The notes under the pieces are model-generated. The model was not told the DNA's origin, ran no database searches, and saw nothing but the letters and a program-made list of their open reading frames with translations. The translations under genes were made by a program, and so were the position numbers. A stretch of DNA of 64,000 bases, from assembly GCF_963676685.1 (NCBI RefSeq), contig NC_092352.1:78058001-78122000 (forward strand). Reading direction: 5' to 3'. Shown in pieces: positions 12,521 through 26,525 of the stretch (its first letter is position 1; every line of letters begins with the position of its first letter). Origin of the DNA: Mytilus edulis (taxonomy: Eukaryota).

Positions 12521-15500
12521 CCACACACCAATCCACGACAAACGTTGAGCAACAGGTTTTAGCGTATATTAAACCAAATAGTCTCCTTGTACTCTTCCGT
12601 CCTTTCGAGAAGAATGTAAAAATAAAATCTGAACGAAAATGGAATTGGGTAAGATTAATAAATGTTTAATCAAGTAACTTTTTTTAGTCATTGAGTTCAT
12701 TTGCAGTTTTAAACTATATTCTGCCTATGAGTTCAGAATATTAAATATAGCGTAATCTTATATGTTGCTTCAATTATAAGATACAATAATGGAATATCTA
12801 ATAAATAAAAGAGCAAGTGCTGTTCTTAGCATATATTCTTTAATATCCTTCGGTAAAAGTTTGATTTAAGACGGTAAAAGATAAGCCGCAGGATCAAAAG
12901 AAAGAAGAAAACAAATTACACTATACAACTCTGTAATTCTCTGAAGCCAAATGTAAATAACATGACAGTTACATATGGCAAAGTTTGTGAAGAAACAAAG
13001 CAGGTGGCTCATTATCTGTGATGACGGAAACAGAAAGAAAAAACAAATCGGGCAAAACATACCTATATGATATAATTAAGAGTCCAGGAGTGTCAAATAA
13101 ATTCGATTAAACTTTCTTCAAAGACGTCTGATTTAAGTAAATTGGTAGAATGAATTGGTTATATTTAAACTGTATGACGATACACGTTATTCCATATGAT
13201 TAAAACCCAGAATGCTAGTCGAATGACATCATATTGCCTGTATTCCTCTCTTGTTAATAACTATATATTCAAATTGTCATAAGGCGAATGAAATTATATG
13301 GTACCGTTATCACCGTATTACTTGACGACGTTGATCTTGATTTATAACAATTATGTGTTAACAGTGTTTAATATGCTAACAAGGCCAGCGGACAACCGGA
13401 AGCAAACATTTCCGTTTCAATACAAAATATTTTAAGCTATTATCAGTCTCTATTACAAATTGGTTGCATATGACCCATTGGTTGTGGCACCCCCGTTTCA
13501 GGTAAATAGCTCAAAGAGCAAGGTCATACATGTATTAAAATAATGGCAAACATTGGATTTCAAGATTTTACCAAAAATGATTCGGTGGTGCCCAGACTAT
13601 TTGCAAAGACCATGACACCTTGCCGATTTCTTAGTCATGTATACTAGTATTTGATAAAAATAAAAGAAAAGGGCAACAGAAGAAATGAATAACCTAACAG
13701 TTAATAAGATAAAAATCGTATTCATCCATTCAATGTCAAATGAATCTTTACGGATGTCCATTTACCAGTATCTTAAAAGACATTCTGACGAAAAATAATG
13801 AAATGAATGATTGAAATAGTATCATCCGTTGATTATTCTGGATTTATTTAATGTTAGTATTTAATTTCCTTCTAGCTATTAACACATAAAACAATGAAAA
13901 ATTGAAGAAAAAACAATCATACAAATAACGATCAAGCTCCTGAATGTCGCTAAGAAATGTTCCTTTATTTAGATAGGTGTGCATGGACTTCGACAAACAT
14001 ATTTAAAATCTGTGTTGCTATAACATTCTTAAAACATTCATTTACCTTCTATACTTTCACTGATTGTCAAAGCACTAACAGTCCACAAAACACTATAAAG
14101 AAAACTAACGCGAATCCCACCTTCTTAAAATAAAGAGACATGGTATGTTTGTCAATGAGTCAACTATCCACCAAATTTGAAATAAAGTGAATGTAAATAG
14201 CTTTAAAAAAAAGATGTGGTATGAGTGCCAATTAAATGAGACAACTCACCATCCAAGTCACAGCAGTGATAGACATCCCTACGGCTTTCACCAATTATAA
14301 AAACCCATACTGTATAATTGGCTATAAGAGGCCCCGACGTACAAAATATGAAACTATTTTATAGAGAAGCATAACGACATAATTTATAACAAAATAACCA
14401 GTGCAAAAACACGTTCACATGTAATTCAAAGAATATCGGGGATATCTACTGCCAGACGTCTCATTTTACAGTTTCATGTATTGTTATACAATGAAGATGA
14501 AAGTTAAATAAAATAAACATCTTCTTGCAACACAAAAAAAAAACTTAGTCTAAAGGGCAAAATACGTGTTACATGCATGTTTACATTGATGCATAATTAC
14601 CTTAACATGAAATAATAGTTTGCTGTTTAATCAAGATAATCTAATTCTTTATTCGATAGACTGCGGATTTAGCAGTACTTTTTCTCTTTAGAAGTGCATT
14701 CGGTTATCGAAACAGATTATGTTTTTAAGCGATTTTTTCTGTTATTTGTCACGATTTGCATTACGTATATCACTGATTCGCATGTCATATCCAAGTTCAA
14801 GAAGATATCGAAGGAATTATACTGCACGTGAACTTGTAATGTAAGAATTGCATGTATAAGCTCTTTCAGAAGTATATTAGTACTCTTATTGATGTAGGTA
14901 CTTTGGTTCTTTCAACATTTTGTTAAATGCCAAATTTCAAATTGAATGTAGTAAGCATATCCACTGTCCGTGGACATTAACAGTTTTATTGAATGGCGAG
15001 GGACCTTTTATTATAACTTACAATATGTTTTGTGTCTTACTCAGTGTTGAAGGCCTTGTGATCACTCGTAGATGTTGTTATCTTATTTTGGAATATGGTA
15101 TCAATCATATCGCCATGCAGTCATTATTAGTTTTATTGCTATGACTGGCATGCAGAAGTTTACGCAACATGGCCTAACAAATAATGATCAGTTTAAGGTA
15201 ACCCAATCCTTCTCAGAGCGACTACCCTAACTGTTTAATTGGCTTGCCTTGACAAGCAACTTCTCTCTAATATAGCATTTAAACAAAATCGTACCTACCC
15301 TACCTATTTTCTGTCAATACGTTAACCTAACACGTGATTTCTTCTGTACCCAATCTGTCTCATAGCAGACAATATTGTTTAAAAGAAGTATATTCTATCA
15401 CTTATCATAGTTAACAAAGATATATTGTTCTGAACTGATGGATAATTCTTATTATTAGTAGGATGTGGACGTGTAATTTAAAGTCATTGATCTAAGAAGG

Positions 15501-16365
15501 TAAAAGTCAAATTTTAATAAAACACGCGAGAAAGTATGTCGGCTGCAAAACCGGAAAACAATATGTTTAGATAACATCCATTAATGTCAATTTGTTTCAA
15601 AACGGACATAACTCAGACTAGTTTGGGTGGGTTTGACTGTAATTACATTTTGGTATAATTGAACATGTTCCATAGACATCCATCACTTGTATAGAAAATG
15701 TACTTTTAACTATTTGATAGTAATCAATTTAAAATGCCATGTTAATGAAATCAAAGTACTGACACACGCCATGTTAAATATATTATTCACTATAAAATGG
15801 AAAATTTTGAGCCGCATGTTTTTTTTTAAACTGTGATGAAACAGTAATTTGGCGTTCTTATACATTTTTATGTTTTAGAAATAAACTAAAATTGACACGC
15901 TATTGAAGTTTGATACTTTTAAATGATTGACTTTGGGAAAAGATGCTAACTAAAATGCATGTGAATAGCTTACTGGTAGTTCCAATCCAATTTCATTCTG
16001 TGCGTCTCAATGCATATATCTCCCGATTTCTTTTCAGAGAAAGTAAGGTACATATAATAAACATTTGAATTACCTCTGATTCACTCAAGGCATCTAGAAA
16101 CATGTATCTTGCCTACGACGTTTTTTTCAAAATTTTCTTTATTTTTAAATTAAAAATCTTGACAAGAATTGATATTCCACACTAGCCTAAAAAGCACGAA
16201 TTTGCATTACCAAGACGAGCGGAAATGTAAATTTGAAGGTTATTAAAAGGGAGAAGATGGTTTGATTGATAATTGGTTGCCTTTAAGTCCAGTATTAAAT
16301 AGTCCAGGCATGAATTTTGTATATAGAGAAATCTTCAAGCAAATGAAGAAAAAAAAACTTCATTC

Positions 16366-19300
16366 TCGTTGGCCCTTTTACTTCACGTATATTTTATCAT
16401 CCCCGGCCCGATCTACAATATTGCTTATTGCGCTTACATATACAAATAACGTAAGACAACTATCAACTAATCAATAAATCATAACCGGCTGAGAACCCGA
16501 CGTCACTCTTTGTATTTTACCATGTTACTTCCTTCTGCATATTTTGGTTGAAACAAGGTTTAGTGCCATGGCATACATGTTGTATGCTTTAGATTTAAAA
16601 CAAAATTACGGAAATCGTAATAAAAGAAGCTAGTAACATTTCCGCTCGTCTTGTTAATGAAAATTCGTGCTTTTATATTTGAAAGAAGGATTGTTTCAGT
16701 TGCTTTAACATGGTTGTACGTAATGTAAAACAATTATTAGTAGGTTGTTCTACCATATATTACCTAATGCCCTTTTTATAGAATGACACTTAAATGTTAC
16801 TATTTCTATATGGGGTAATTGATTTCATTATCAAGACAATCTTAAGAGCCAGTGACAACCCCATCTTCTGAAAAGATAAAATAAAAATTTATTCTAGCAG
16901 TAATTAATCATTTGTTATAAAAATCATGTTAAATAGAAAATTAACTGCCAATGTGTTGTATTTCTCACGGATTAATGTTCACATAAAATCCGATACAAAT
17001 ATGGCTTATTGTCAGAAAGCGAATCTTGTATTCCTTTCGAAGGTAATAAACGTCTATGCAAGATGGATATTCTCGTCTAAGAAAAAAGTTTTTATTCTCT
17101 AATTTTATTTGTCCCCTTTTTTATTTGATTATTTAATCAAGCAATAAATCGAACATGTCCATTTATGTTGTTGACACATTTACGACTGTAAAAAGCATGC
17201 GTCATTCAAATGCATCTAGCATGTAAAAATCAATAGGAATAATAACAGTAACCTTTTAATCTATCACACTGGGAGACAAATCAGGAAATCCTGGTACATT
17301 GGTTTACTTCAAATTAGGTTACATGCCACAGTAAAAATGTCTGATGACTGCATGAACGAAGACACACGCGTTCCTAACCACGACGAAAGCTTCAGGATAA
17401 AGGCACAAACTGAACTCTTATTGTACTTTTATAATACTTTAGTGTGATGCACCAAACTGAACTGATTTGGTTAACATACTAATTGAAAAAAAAAATATTT
17501 TCAATATTAGAGAGTCCGAAGCACTTTTATTGATTTATGTTTATCGGGAATGCTCAATGAGTACTCGAATACTTCAGGAGTTATATGACCAATCGGAAAC
17601 AAGGGATTTGATGAAACCATCTTCAGATCTACCACCGCTTATGAACTGTAAAGCCACCTTCGTGGTCCTTATTTTAATATGTTGCTTCATTCGAAAATCG
17701 CCAACATCCGTTGGAATTCAAAAAAAAAAAATAATCGTTTTTTTGCAGAATGAAAACAATTTCATGTTATCATTTATTTCTTTTTCAAAATCTTAAATAT
17801 GTTTGATTAATTTAGTGGCAATATTAGATTTAATTAATAGTTTTGCCAAAGTCTACATAAAAGCCATTAAATAAGAAAATTTATGATTTGTTGAACATTC
17901 AAAATTGATGGTTCAACTGTACTAACAAAATCAACAAAAATATTTATCCAACAAATAATAATCATGTATCCACAGGACGTAGAAGTGTCAAACAGTTGAA
18001 ACACCAGCTATTTCGCGTTTCTTCCGGACTGCTTCTAAAAGTAAAAATACATTTCATATTTTTTGACGATGTACTTTACTATATTGCTTGCATTTTTAAA
18101 CATCTATTTGTTGAATACAATTTGCAATCGAAAATTGCTTTTAACATGCATTTCATTAAAAAAAGTTTTCGAAGCACATCGAGAAAAAAAATCCAAAAAT
18201 TTTCTTGATTTCGATTATAAAATAAATCAAACTTTTATAGAGAAAACGGAATTTTAATCAAGAATATAAAAGTTCACACATTCATATTGATGTTTCTGTC
18301 CCAGATATTAAATCATTAGAAGATTATTTGATGTTCTGTGTTCTAAACGCTATGATATCAGAAATTAAGCTTCTATTTGGATCAAAAGATAGCTTACTGT
18401 TTAAACATCTGTCAAATCTGTAGAAAGGTGATTGTTTGCTTATAGAGTCAAGCAAACAGTTGCATTCATCACTCAATATAATTATATTTTAAGTTCCGGA
18501 CATCTGTATTAACTATTTAGTTTATAAAGCTTTTGTGACCTATATTGCAGTGAAAAAATCTCATATGTTCGGGAGAAAAAAAATGCAACTGGTTCGTAAA
18601 GTTGAACCTATTATATAAACTGTTAGTCATTTGATTCCTAACAATACATTAAAAAAAGATATAGGAAGATGTAGTTTGAGTGCTAGCTCTTCATCAAAGC
18701 CACAATTTAAATCTTTTTAATTAATTAAAGAACGATAGTCAACATTGTGTTATAATCTTTTAATTACATAAAAACAATATGTTGCAAAGAAACACAAAAA
18801 CATGAAAAAGGCATATTGACAAAGCACATAAGCAAAAATGAAAGACAATAATACAAACGTTTACCATCGAACAAAAACACAATGACAGGATGTATAAGCA
18901 TTGAAGATAAATGCAATTAAAATTAATAAATTGATAATATTTATTTCAATTAATCTATGTCGAAATTCAACATCTATCTAAATCAACAAATACATAACTT
19001 GCCAACGTTTGAAATTTTTACTGAATATATATATATATATTTGCTTAGCAGCGACATCCCGGAGCTTGATCGTATTATTTGTCCTTTTTTTGTGGTTACA
19101 TTACGTTTTTCATAGTTATATTTGTTAATAGCTAAATGAAGTTACTGTAATAAAAGTATATAAATCCAGAATAATCAAGTAAATAAAATGTATACAACGT
19201 GTGGTAAAAGTGTTCCCTTTGCTGGTATTTCATTGGAGGCTGTTCATTCCTTTTGATAGTATGAATGTTGCTTTTTAAACATCTAGTGTAAAATAGTTAA

Positions 19301-22300
19301 ATATCACATTCATATCTTACGATTTAATGAACATATTTTCACGAGATCAAATTGGACAATTTAGAGTTCCTGCAATTGTAATATTTATTAATCGTATACA
19401 ATTAAGATATTTATTTTTTCTTAACTTCGCGTGACGATCAGATTCCGTGGTCACGCTTTAAAAAAACATCTGCTATTTCGCATGCAGAGTGTTGCTGGAC
19501 CGCTTAGTCTTATAAACAGCTAAACATATGAAATTAAATTCTACAAAGGGTCGACTATTTAAATTTCATTTTTACTTGATGCTAGGCTCACTTTTGTTGG
19601 ACATTCTATTTCTAGAGTATACTTTGTTGTTATTTACAAACCAAGACTATTCATTTCAAAAAGCTTCCCCTATTTTCATAACTTTAATTACTCGAGTCTG
19701 TTTAGCTCTCCTATTAAAGGCCTTTTATTTATATTACGCTAGTAAAAGGCAGAACTCCGAGGAAAATTCAAAACGGAAGTCCCTAATCGAATGGCAAAGA
19801 CAAAGCTCAAACACATAAAACGAATGGATAACAACAAGCTGAACCTACCACTGTTATGGCAGTTGCATACAATTCCATTATATTGACAATGGTGTGTGAA
19901 CAAAACAAACAGACATAATAGATTAAAATGTAAAACTAGGGGTACGATAGTCAACATCGTGTCTTATTCACATATGTTGCAAAGAAACACAAAAACATGA
20001 AAAAGGCGTATAGACAAAGCACATAAGCAAAAATGCTAAATTCATTTACCATCGAACAAAAACCATTTACAGGCTGTATAAGCATTGAAAATAAATGCAA
20101 TTAAAATGAATGAATTGATAACAATTATTTCAAATAATCTATGTCGAAATTCAACACCTATCTGAATCAACAAATACATAACTTGCCAACGTTTGAAATT
20201 TTTACTGAATATATATATATATATTTGCTTAGCAGCGACATCCCGGAGCTTGATCGTATTATTTGTCCTTTTTTTGTGGTTACATTACGTTTTTCATAGT
20301 TATATTTGTTAATAGCTAAATGAAGTTACTGTACTAAAAGTATATAAATCCAGAATAATCAAGTAAATAAAATGTATACAACGTGTGGTAAAAGTGTTCC
20401 CTTTGCTGGTATTTCATTGGAGGCTGTTCATTCCTTTTGATAGTATGAATGTTGCTTTTTAAACATCTAGTGTAAAATAGTTAAATATCACATTCATATC
20501 TTACGATTTAATGAACATATTTTCACGAGATCAAATTGGACAATTTAGAGTTCCTGCAATTGTAATATTTATTAATCGTATACAATTAAGATATTTATTT
20601 TTTCTTAACTTCGCGTGACGATCAGATTCCGTGGTCACGCTTTAAAAAAACATCTGCTATTTCGCATGCAGAGTGTTGCTGGACCGCTTAGTCTTATAAA
20701 CAGCTAAACATATGAAATTAAATTCTACAAAGGGTCGACTATTTAAATTTCATTTTTACTTGATGCTAGGCTCACTTTTGTTGGACATTCTATTTCTAGA
20801 GTATACTTTGTTGTTATTTACAAACCAAGACTATTCATTTCAAAAAGCTTCCCCTATTTTCATAACTTTAATTACTCGAGTCTGTTTAGCTCTCCTATTA
20901 AAGGCCTTTTATTTATATTACGCTAGTAAAAGGCAGAACTCCGAGGAAAATTCAAAACGGAAGTCCCTAATCGAATGGCAAAGACAAAGCTCAAACACAT
21001 AAAACGAATGGATAACAACAAGCTGAACCTACCACTGTTATGGCAGTTGCATACAATTCCATTATATTGACAATGGTGTGTGAACAAAACAAACAGACAT
21101 AATAGATTAAAATGTAAAACTAGGGGTACGATAGTCAACATCGTGTCTTATTCACATATGTTGCAAAGAAACACAAAAACATGAAAAAGGCGTATAGACA
21201 AAGCACATAAGCAAAAATGCTAAATTCATTTACCATCGAACAAAAACCATTTACAGGCTGTATAAGCATTGAAAATAAATGCAATTAAAATGAATGAATT
21301 GATAACAATTATTTCAAATAATCTATGTCGAAATTCAACACCTATCTGAATCAACAAATACATAACTTGCCAACGTTTGAAATTTTTACTGAATATATAT
21401 ATATATATTTGCTTAGCAGCGACATCCCGGAGCTTGATCGTATTATTTGTCCTTTTTTTGTGGTTACATTACGTTTTTCATAGTTATATTTGTTAATAGC
21501 TAAATGAAGTTACTGTACTAAAAGTATATAAATCCAGAATAATCAAGTAAATAAAATGTATACAACGTGTGGTAAAAGTGTTCCCTTTGCTGGTATTTCA
21601 TTGGAGGCTGTTCATTCCTTTTGATAGTATGAATGTTGCTTTTTAAACATCTAGTGTAAAATAGTTAAATATCACATTCATATCTTACGATTTAATGAAC
21701 ATATTTTCACGAGATCAAATTGGACAATTTAGAGTTCCTGCAATTGTAATATTTATTAATCGTATACAATTAAGATATTTATTTTTTCTTAACTTCGCGT
21801 GACGATCAGATTCCGTGGTCACGCTTTAAAAAAACATCTGCTATTTCGCATGCAGAGTGTTGCTGGACCGCTTAGTCTTATAAACAGCTAAACATATGAA
21901 ATTAAATTCTACAAAGGGTCGACTATTTAAATTTCATTTTTACTTGATGCTAGGCTCACTTTTGTTGGACATTCTATTTCTAGAGTATACTTTGTTGTTA
22001 TTTACAAACCAAGACTATTCATTTCAAAAAGCTTCCCCTATTTTCATAACTTTAATTACTCGAGTCTGTTTAGCTCTCCTATTAAAGGCCTTTTATTTAT
22101 ATTACGCTAGTAAAAGGCAGAACTCCGAGGAAAATTCAAAACGGAAGTCCCTAATCGAATGGCAAAGACAAAGCTCAAACACATAAAACGAATGGATAAC
22201 AACAAGCTGAACCTACCACTGTTATGGCAGTTGCATACAATTCCATTATATTGACAATGGTGTGTGAACAAAACAAACAGACATAATAGATTAAAATGTA

Positions 22301-24665
22301 AAACTAGGGGTACGATAGTCAACATCGTGTCTTATTCACATATGTTGCAAAGAAACACAAAAACATGAAAAAGGCGTATAGACAAAGCACATAAGCAAAA
22401 ATGCTAAATTCATTTACCATCGAACAAAAACCATTTACAGGCTGTATAAGCATTGAAAATAAATGCAATTAAAATGAATGAATTGATAACAATTATTTCA
22501 AATAATCTATGTCGAAATTCAACACCTATCTGAATCAACAAATACATAACTTGCCAACGTTTGAAATGTTTACTGAATATTTGATTAGCAGCGACATCCC
22601 GGACCTTGGTGGTATTATTTGTCCTTTTTTTTTTTGTGATTACATTACGTTTTTCATAGTTATATTTGTTAATAGCTAAATGAAGTTACTGTAATAACAT
22701 TGTATAAATCCAGAATAATCAACGGATAATACTACTCCAATCATTGAACCCATTATTTTCTTCCGAATGTGTTTTGCAGGTTTTGATACTGGTAAATGGA
22801 CATTCGTGAAGATTCATTTGACATTTATCTTATTAAATGTTAGGTTATTTATTTTTTCCTGTATAGTTTGTTCTATTTTCATTTTTGTCAAGTATATGAA
22901 CTGTCCAATATTTTGACTTTATTGTTGCAATCTGACCATTCAGTATTGTTCTAGGGGTATTAAAAAATGTTTTGCAAATTGCGTTTTTTTTCGATTTACT
23001 TGTAATGAAAAATATTATGTCATGTTCGAGTGTCAACATTGATTAAAGTGATATAAAGTATTTTAATAGCTATCTAGAAGAGTATTTAAGCTCAGAAGGT
23101 CATTCACTGGTAGAGATGAAAACTCTACGATTGTGAATAGTTGTTGAATCTCAAATATTGTTAATATCATGTCTGAAGAATCATGTGCTGAACTATTACC
23201 CTGTTGAAATTATTACCCTCACTTTCTATTACAACCACGAGTAGATTATCAAATACAAAATGTAACTAAATGAGTCATTCTGTAATTATATTGGGGTGTA
23301 CAGGCATATTGAATGTTCAAAGCGTGGAAGATTTTTTATACTGAAAATATTTACATGTTCAGCAGCAAGCAAACCTATAATTAAAATAACAACATTGATA
23401 TGCTTCATCAATAAAGTATCAAGTTCAATCACGACTTTCGCTTGTTTTTCCATGCCTCGTTTTAATGTTGTCACGAAAAGGACACGCAGTCATATATATG
23501 TTGCATTTTAGAATATCTCGGTTAATCCGAATTTCTTAAATGCATTAAACCTGATTGTATGTTATATAATTATTAGTCTGTACTATATTTTATATCTAGT
23601 ACCATAAAGTTTTGCTTACTAATCTATACTTTGTAGGTGTTAAAGTCACGCATATTTGTCCGATATCTTATCTATTTATTTAACAATCGCTTCCGAATTT
23701 CTCTTTCAAAAACGTTACCGACATCTTATACGCTTCTATCATTCAAGCATTAGGTGCACCTACAGATATTCACATGACAAAATAACTCCGCGATAACGAA
23801 GAATGTTGAAATAATTATTGGAAACACGACATGAAACCCTTTAAAGTATATTTCCGTGTAGATTTTTAACAGTTTAGCGGGTGTTTGTATTAATATACAA
23901 AGTTTAACATGCATTATAACAATCATGGTCATGCATGCTGCTTAGTGGTCCAAGTAGGTTATGAGTTATCATTTAAGATCACAAAAAGCACTCTTTTTTA
24001 AAATGATTTGTTTTGCTTTACAAACTTGTGTTTTGAAGCATTGCTATGCAACATCATATAACATAAATATGTACATAGGACTGTTGAAAAAATCAAATGT
24101 CCATGTTTGATGATTGTCAATAACTGTATCAAAACCCTAATTTGGTATATATATTCAAACATTTCACATCCTAAAGCACTAAATATATGACTACAATGTG
24201 TCATGATACACTATGTGTGACAATTGACCTCATACGAGACGGCAGCGGAATACCGTATCCTTCTACTAGATTGCATGATGCATATACATTGAAAGAAATG
24301 TAACAAGCATTGTTTTATAAAATTTTCAGTAGAAAACGATGCGGTTAAATATATAGGCAACAACAAAATTAAACATATTGTGTCTCACTTCATATAGTGT
24401 TGCAAGCAGTAAACCTTATCCGCATTCAAAATATGCATGTTGCATATGCAAATTGCATGACATAACATACCATAGTCGTCCAATTAGTCACACCTAAATG
24501 ACTTTAGAGGTAACAAGTTATGTTGTTTAATATTTTTTTCTGATTATATGTTAGAATGAAGAAATACTCTAACATTTAACATTAAATTTTGGCATCCTGT
24601 TGCGTTAATATTCCTGTATTTTGGTGTTGCGCATTGTATTGACACACTATCATGCTAATTTCGCA
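16366..24665 (+). repeat. First copy of diverged direct segmental duplication
   Basis: 16366-16996 matches 36594-38296 (minus the PLE insertion). ~22105-24665 matches 38345-38843 plus 42747-45120 (minus the TTAA-flanked insertions). Confidence 0.85.
18981..22567 (+). repeat. Near-perfect tandem array, three 1184-bp units
   Basis: Identical ORFs recur at 19528/20712/21896 and 19739/20923/22107 (period 1184). I saw only one substitution (gttactgtaataaaag at ~19150 vs gttactgtactaaaag). Diverged partial units flank both sides. Confidence 0.97.
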
Positions 24666-26287
24666 TAGGTAAATTTTGCTTGAAACTGTCTAGAAATGAC
24701 TCAAATTATTGATGCTTAGCGAAAAATGAATAAAGATAAATAATTAACTATTCCTATTTGAAATCTTTTTTTTTTCTACTGTACATCGCAGGACAAGACA
24801 TATAATTATAATGAATCGAAAGTAACAGTGCCTAGTAAAAAAATAATGCCTTCCAGTCGATGTTTAAGCATTTTAATATATATATATAACCTCATATATC
24901 CTATAAACAGACAGACTGACAGATGGCAAACAAATCTATTTACATTCAAAGATCATTTCACAGAAGCCAATTAAGCAAAAAGGTTGAAATGTGAAAATTC
25001 ATAATATCAATATACTATATTTTGAAATTCCCTTATTCTTTATATAACGATTTATTAATAATATATCTTTGAACATAAGCGTTACTTAATCTTTAAAAAA
25101 AAGCTGAATCACATAATTTCAAATGGGTACTTCGCTTACACAAACACAACGTTAACGTTATGTGTGTGGTAGAACGCAAAGTAAACATTAACGTATACAA
25201 TCATGCAGTTATACAGAAAAATTATATCTATGACAAATAAAAATCCCGATATTTAAAGATTGGTTCTTTGTGGTCTACGTGTATGTTTATTTATTTTTTT
25301 CTAAATCAAGGAGCAAACAGTAAAGCTGTAGATTCTAGGTGCTGACGTTGTGTACCATTGCATTTACTTATGATTAATTTACCACTTTTTCCATTCGTAT
25401 GACACTAGACGTTTCGAGGTATTTGTAAATCCAAGTTTCGGAGATTTGCGATTTGACGTTCCTGAAACAAAAAGGTTTAGGGGTGCGATTTGGATTGGGT
25501 TTTAACAACGTTGTTCAAAGTTAAGAATATGACAGTTGTTTTTATTCGTTTGAAAATGTCGTTGAGCAAGTTGAAATTGTCGAGCTTTTACTTTTGTCAG
25601 CTTTTATGGACTTATTGAAATTAGATTGGAGTCAGAAATTTTTAGATTATTTTTTTAACACTGAAATAATACATTTAAAGCCTATTCGAAATCAGTAAAT
25701 CTTATTTTACAAACATGTTTGAATAATCAAAAGATTGAACGGTTACTACAAGAAAACAATAGTTAATGCGAAAAATATTGACTCCTACAATCGCTGGCTT
25801 ATTTGAAAAAGCAATCTTTAATTTTGCAATGTAGTTTTAATTTGTGTTGTCCTCGATAATATTTTGAAGCAATGAATTACCATGCACACAATCATAAAGC
25901 GCATGTTGATAAGATTACACATAACTATCGGAGCGTGCAATCTATTTACAAAACTTTTACATGTTGTTAAGATCTTATGTTAGTTATATCATGCGGATAT
26001 TTGACAAGTTCAATGCGATCTTGCGTGCTTATCAAATTAATCAATGTCCTAGTTTGTCCTTGATTGACAAAATTAATTACGATAATAAATAAAAAATGGA
26101 CCAGGGTAAAAGAACATGAAAAGAAAGGGACGAGAGAAGAGAGTTGGGGATTGGGAACCGGGGGATGAGGGAAAGTAAATGAAAGGATACCATTGCTTGA
26201 AATAAAAATTTAACCAAATTGAATTATCCTCCAGAAGTAAGTGGGGGTTAGGAAGTACGAATCAGACCAATATTGTAGTTTATATAG

Positions 26288-26525
26288 TTGTCAATATAAT
26301 GGAATTTGATGAGACTGAAATACAAGTGATAGATTTAGCTAGCTTTAAAACCAGGTTTATTCAACCTTTTTTAACATAAGAAAATGCCTGTACCAAGTTT
26401 GATATATGACAGTTGTTATTCATTCGTTTAATGTGTTTTATCTTTTGATTTTGCCATTTGATTAAAGACTTTCCTATTTAAATTTTCCTTGAACTTCAGT
26501 ATTTTTGAGATTTCACTTTTTACTG
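26288..26525 (+). repeat. R1 dispersed repeat copy
   Basis: aaaatgcctgtaccaag...gattttgccatttgattaaagactttcc...ttcagtatttttgaga matches the other R1 copies. Confidence 0.7.

Larger units (their letters stand above)
5770..17182 (+). repeat. Left arm of large diverged inverted segmental duplication
   Basis: Colinear reverse-complement homology to 46661-60820. Anchors: 6136-6300 vs 60170-60333, 8145-8420 vs 57535-57815, 12560-13260 vs 50630-51330, 17144-17182 vs 46661-46700. Confidence 0.92.

Noticed and set aside
17467-17796. 109-aa ORF with a signal-peptide-like stretch (MNCKATFVVLILICCF)
   Set aside because: It has a non-ATG start, runs into a poly-A tract, matches no antimicrobial-peptide or other family I recognise, and has no supporting exon structure.
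19528-22325. Three identical 96-aa and 72-aa ORFs that look like a tandem gene family
   Set aside because: The identity comes from the 1184-bp tandem repeat. The ORFs overlap an R1 repeat fragment and have no recognisable domain.
25130-25185. Hairpin centred on the palindrome aacgttaacgtt, possible pre-miRNA
   Set aside because: The arms are short, low-complexity CA/TG sequence with mismatches, which is not enough to call.
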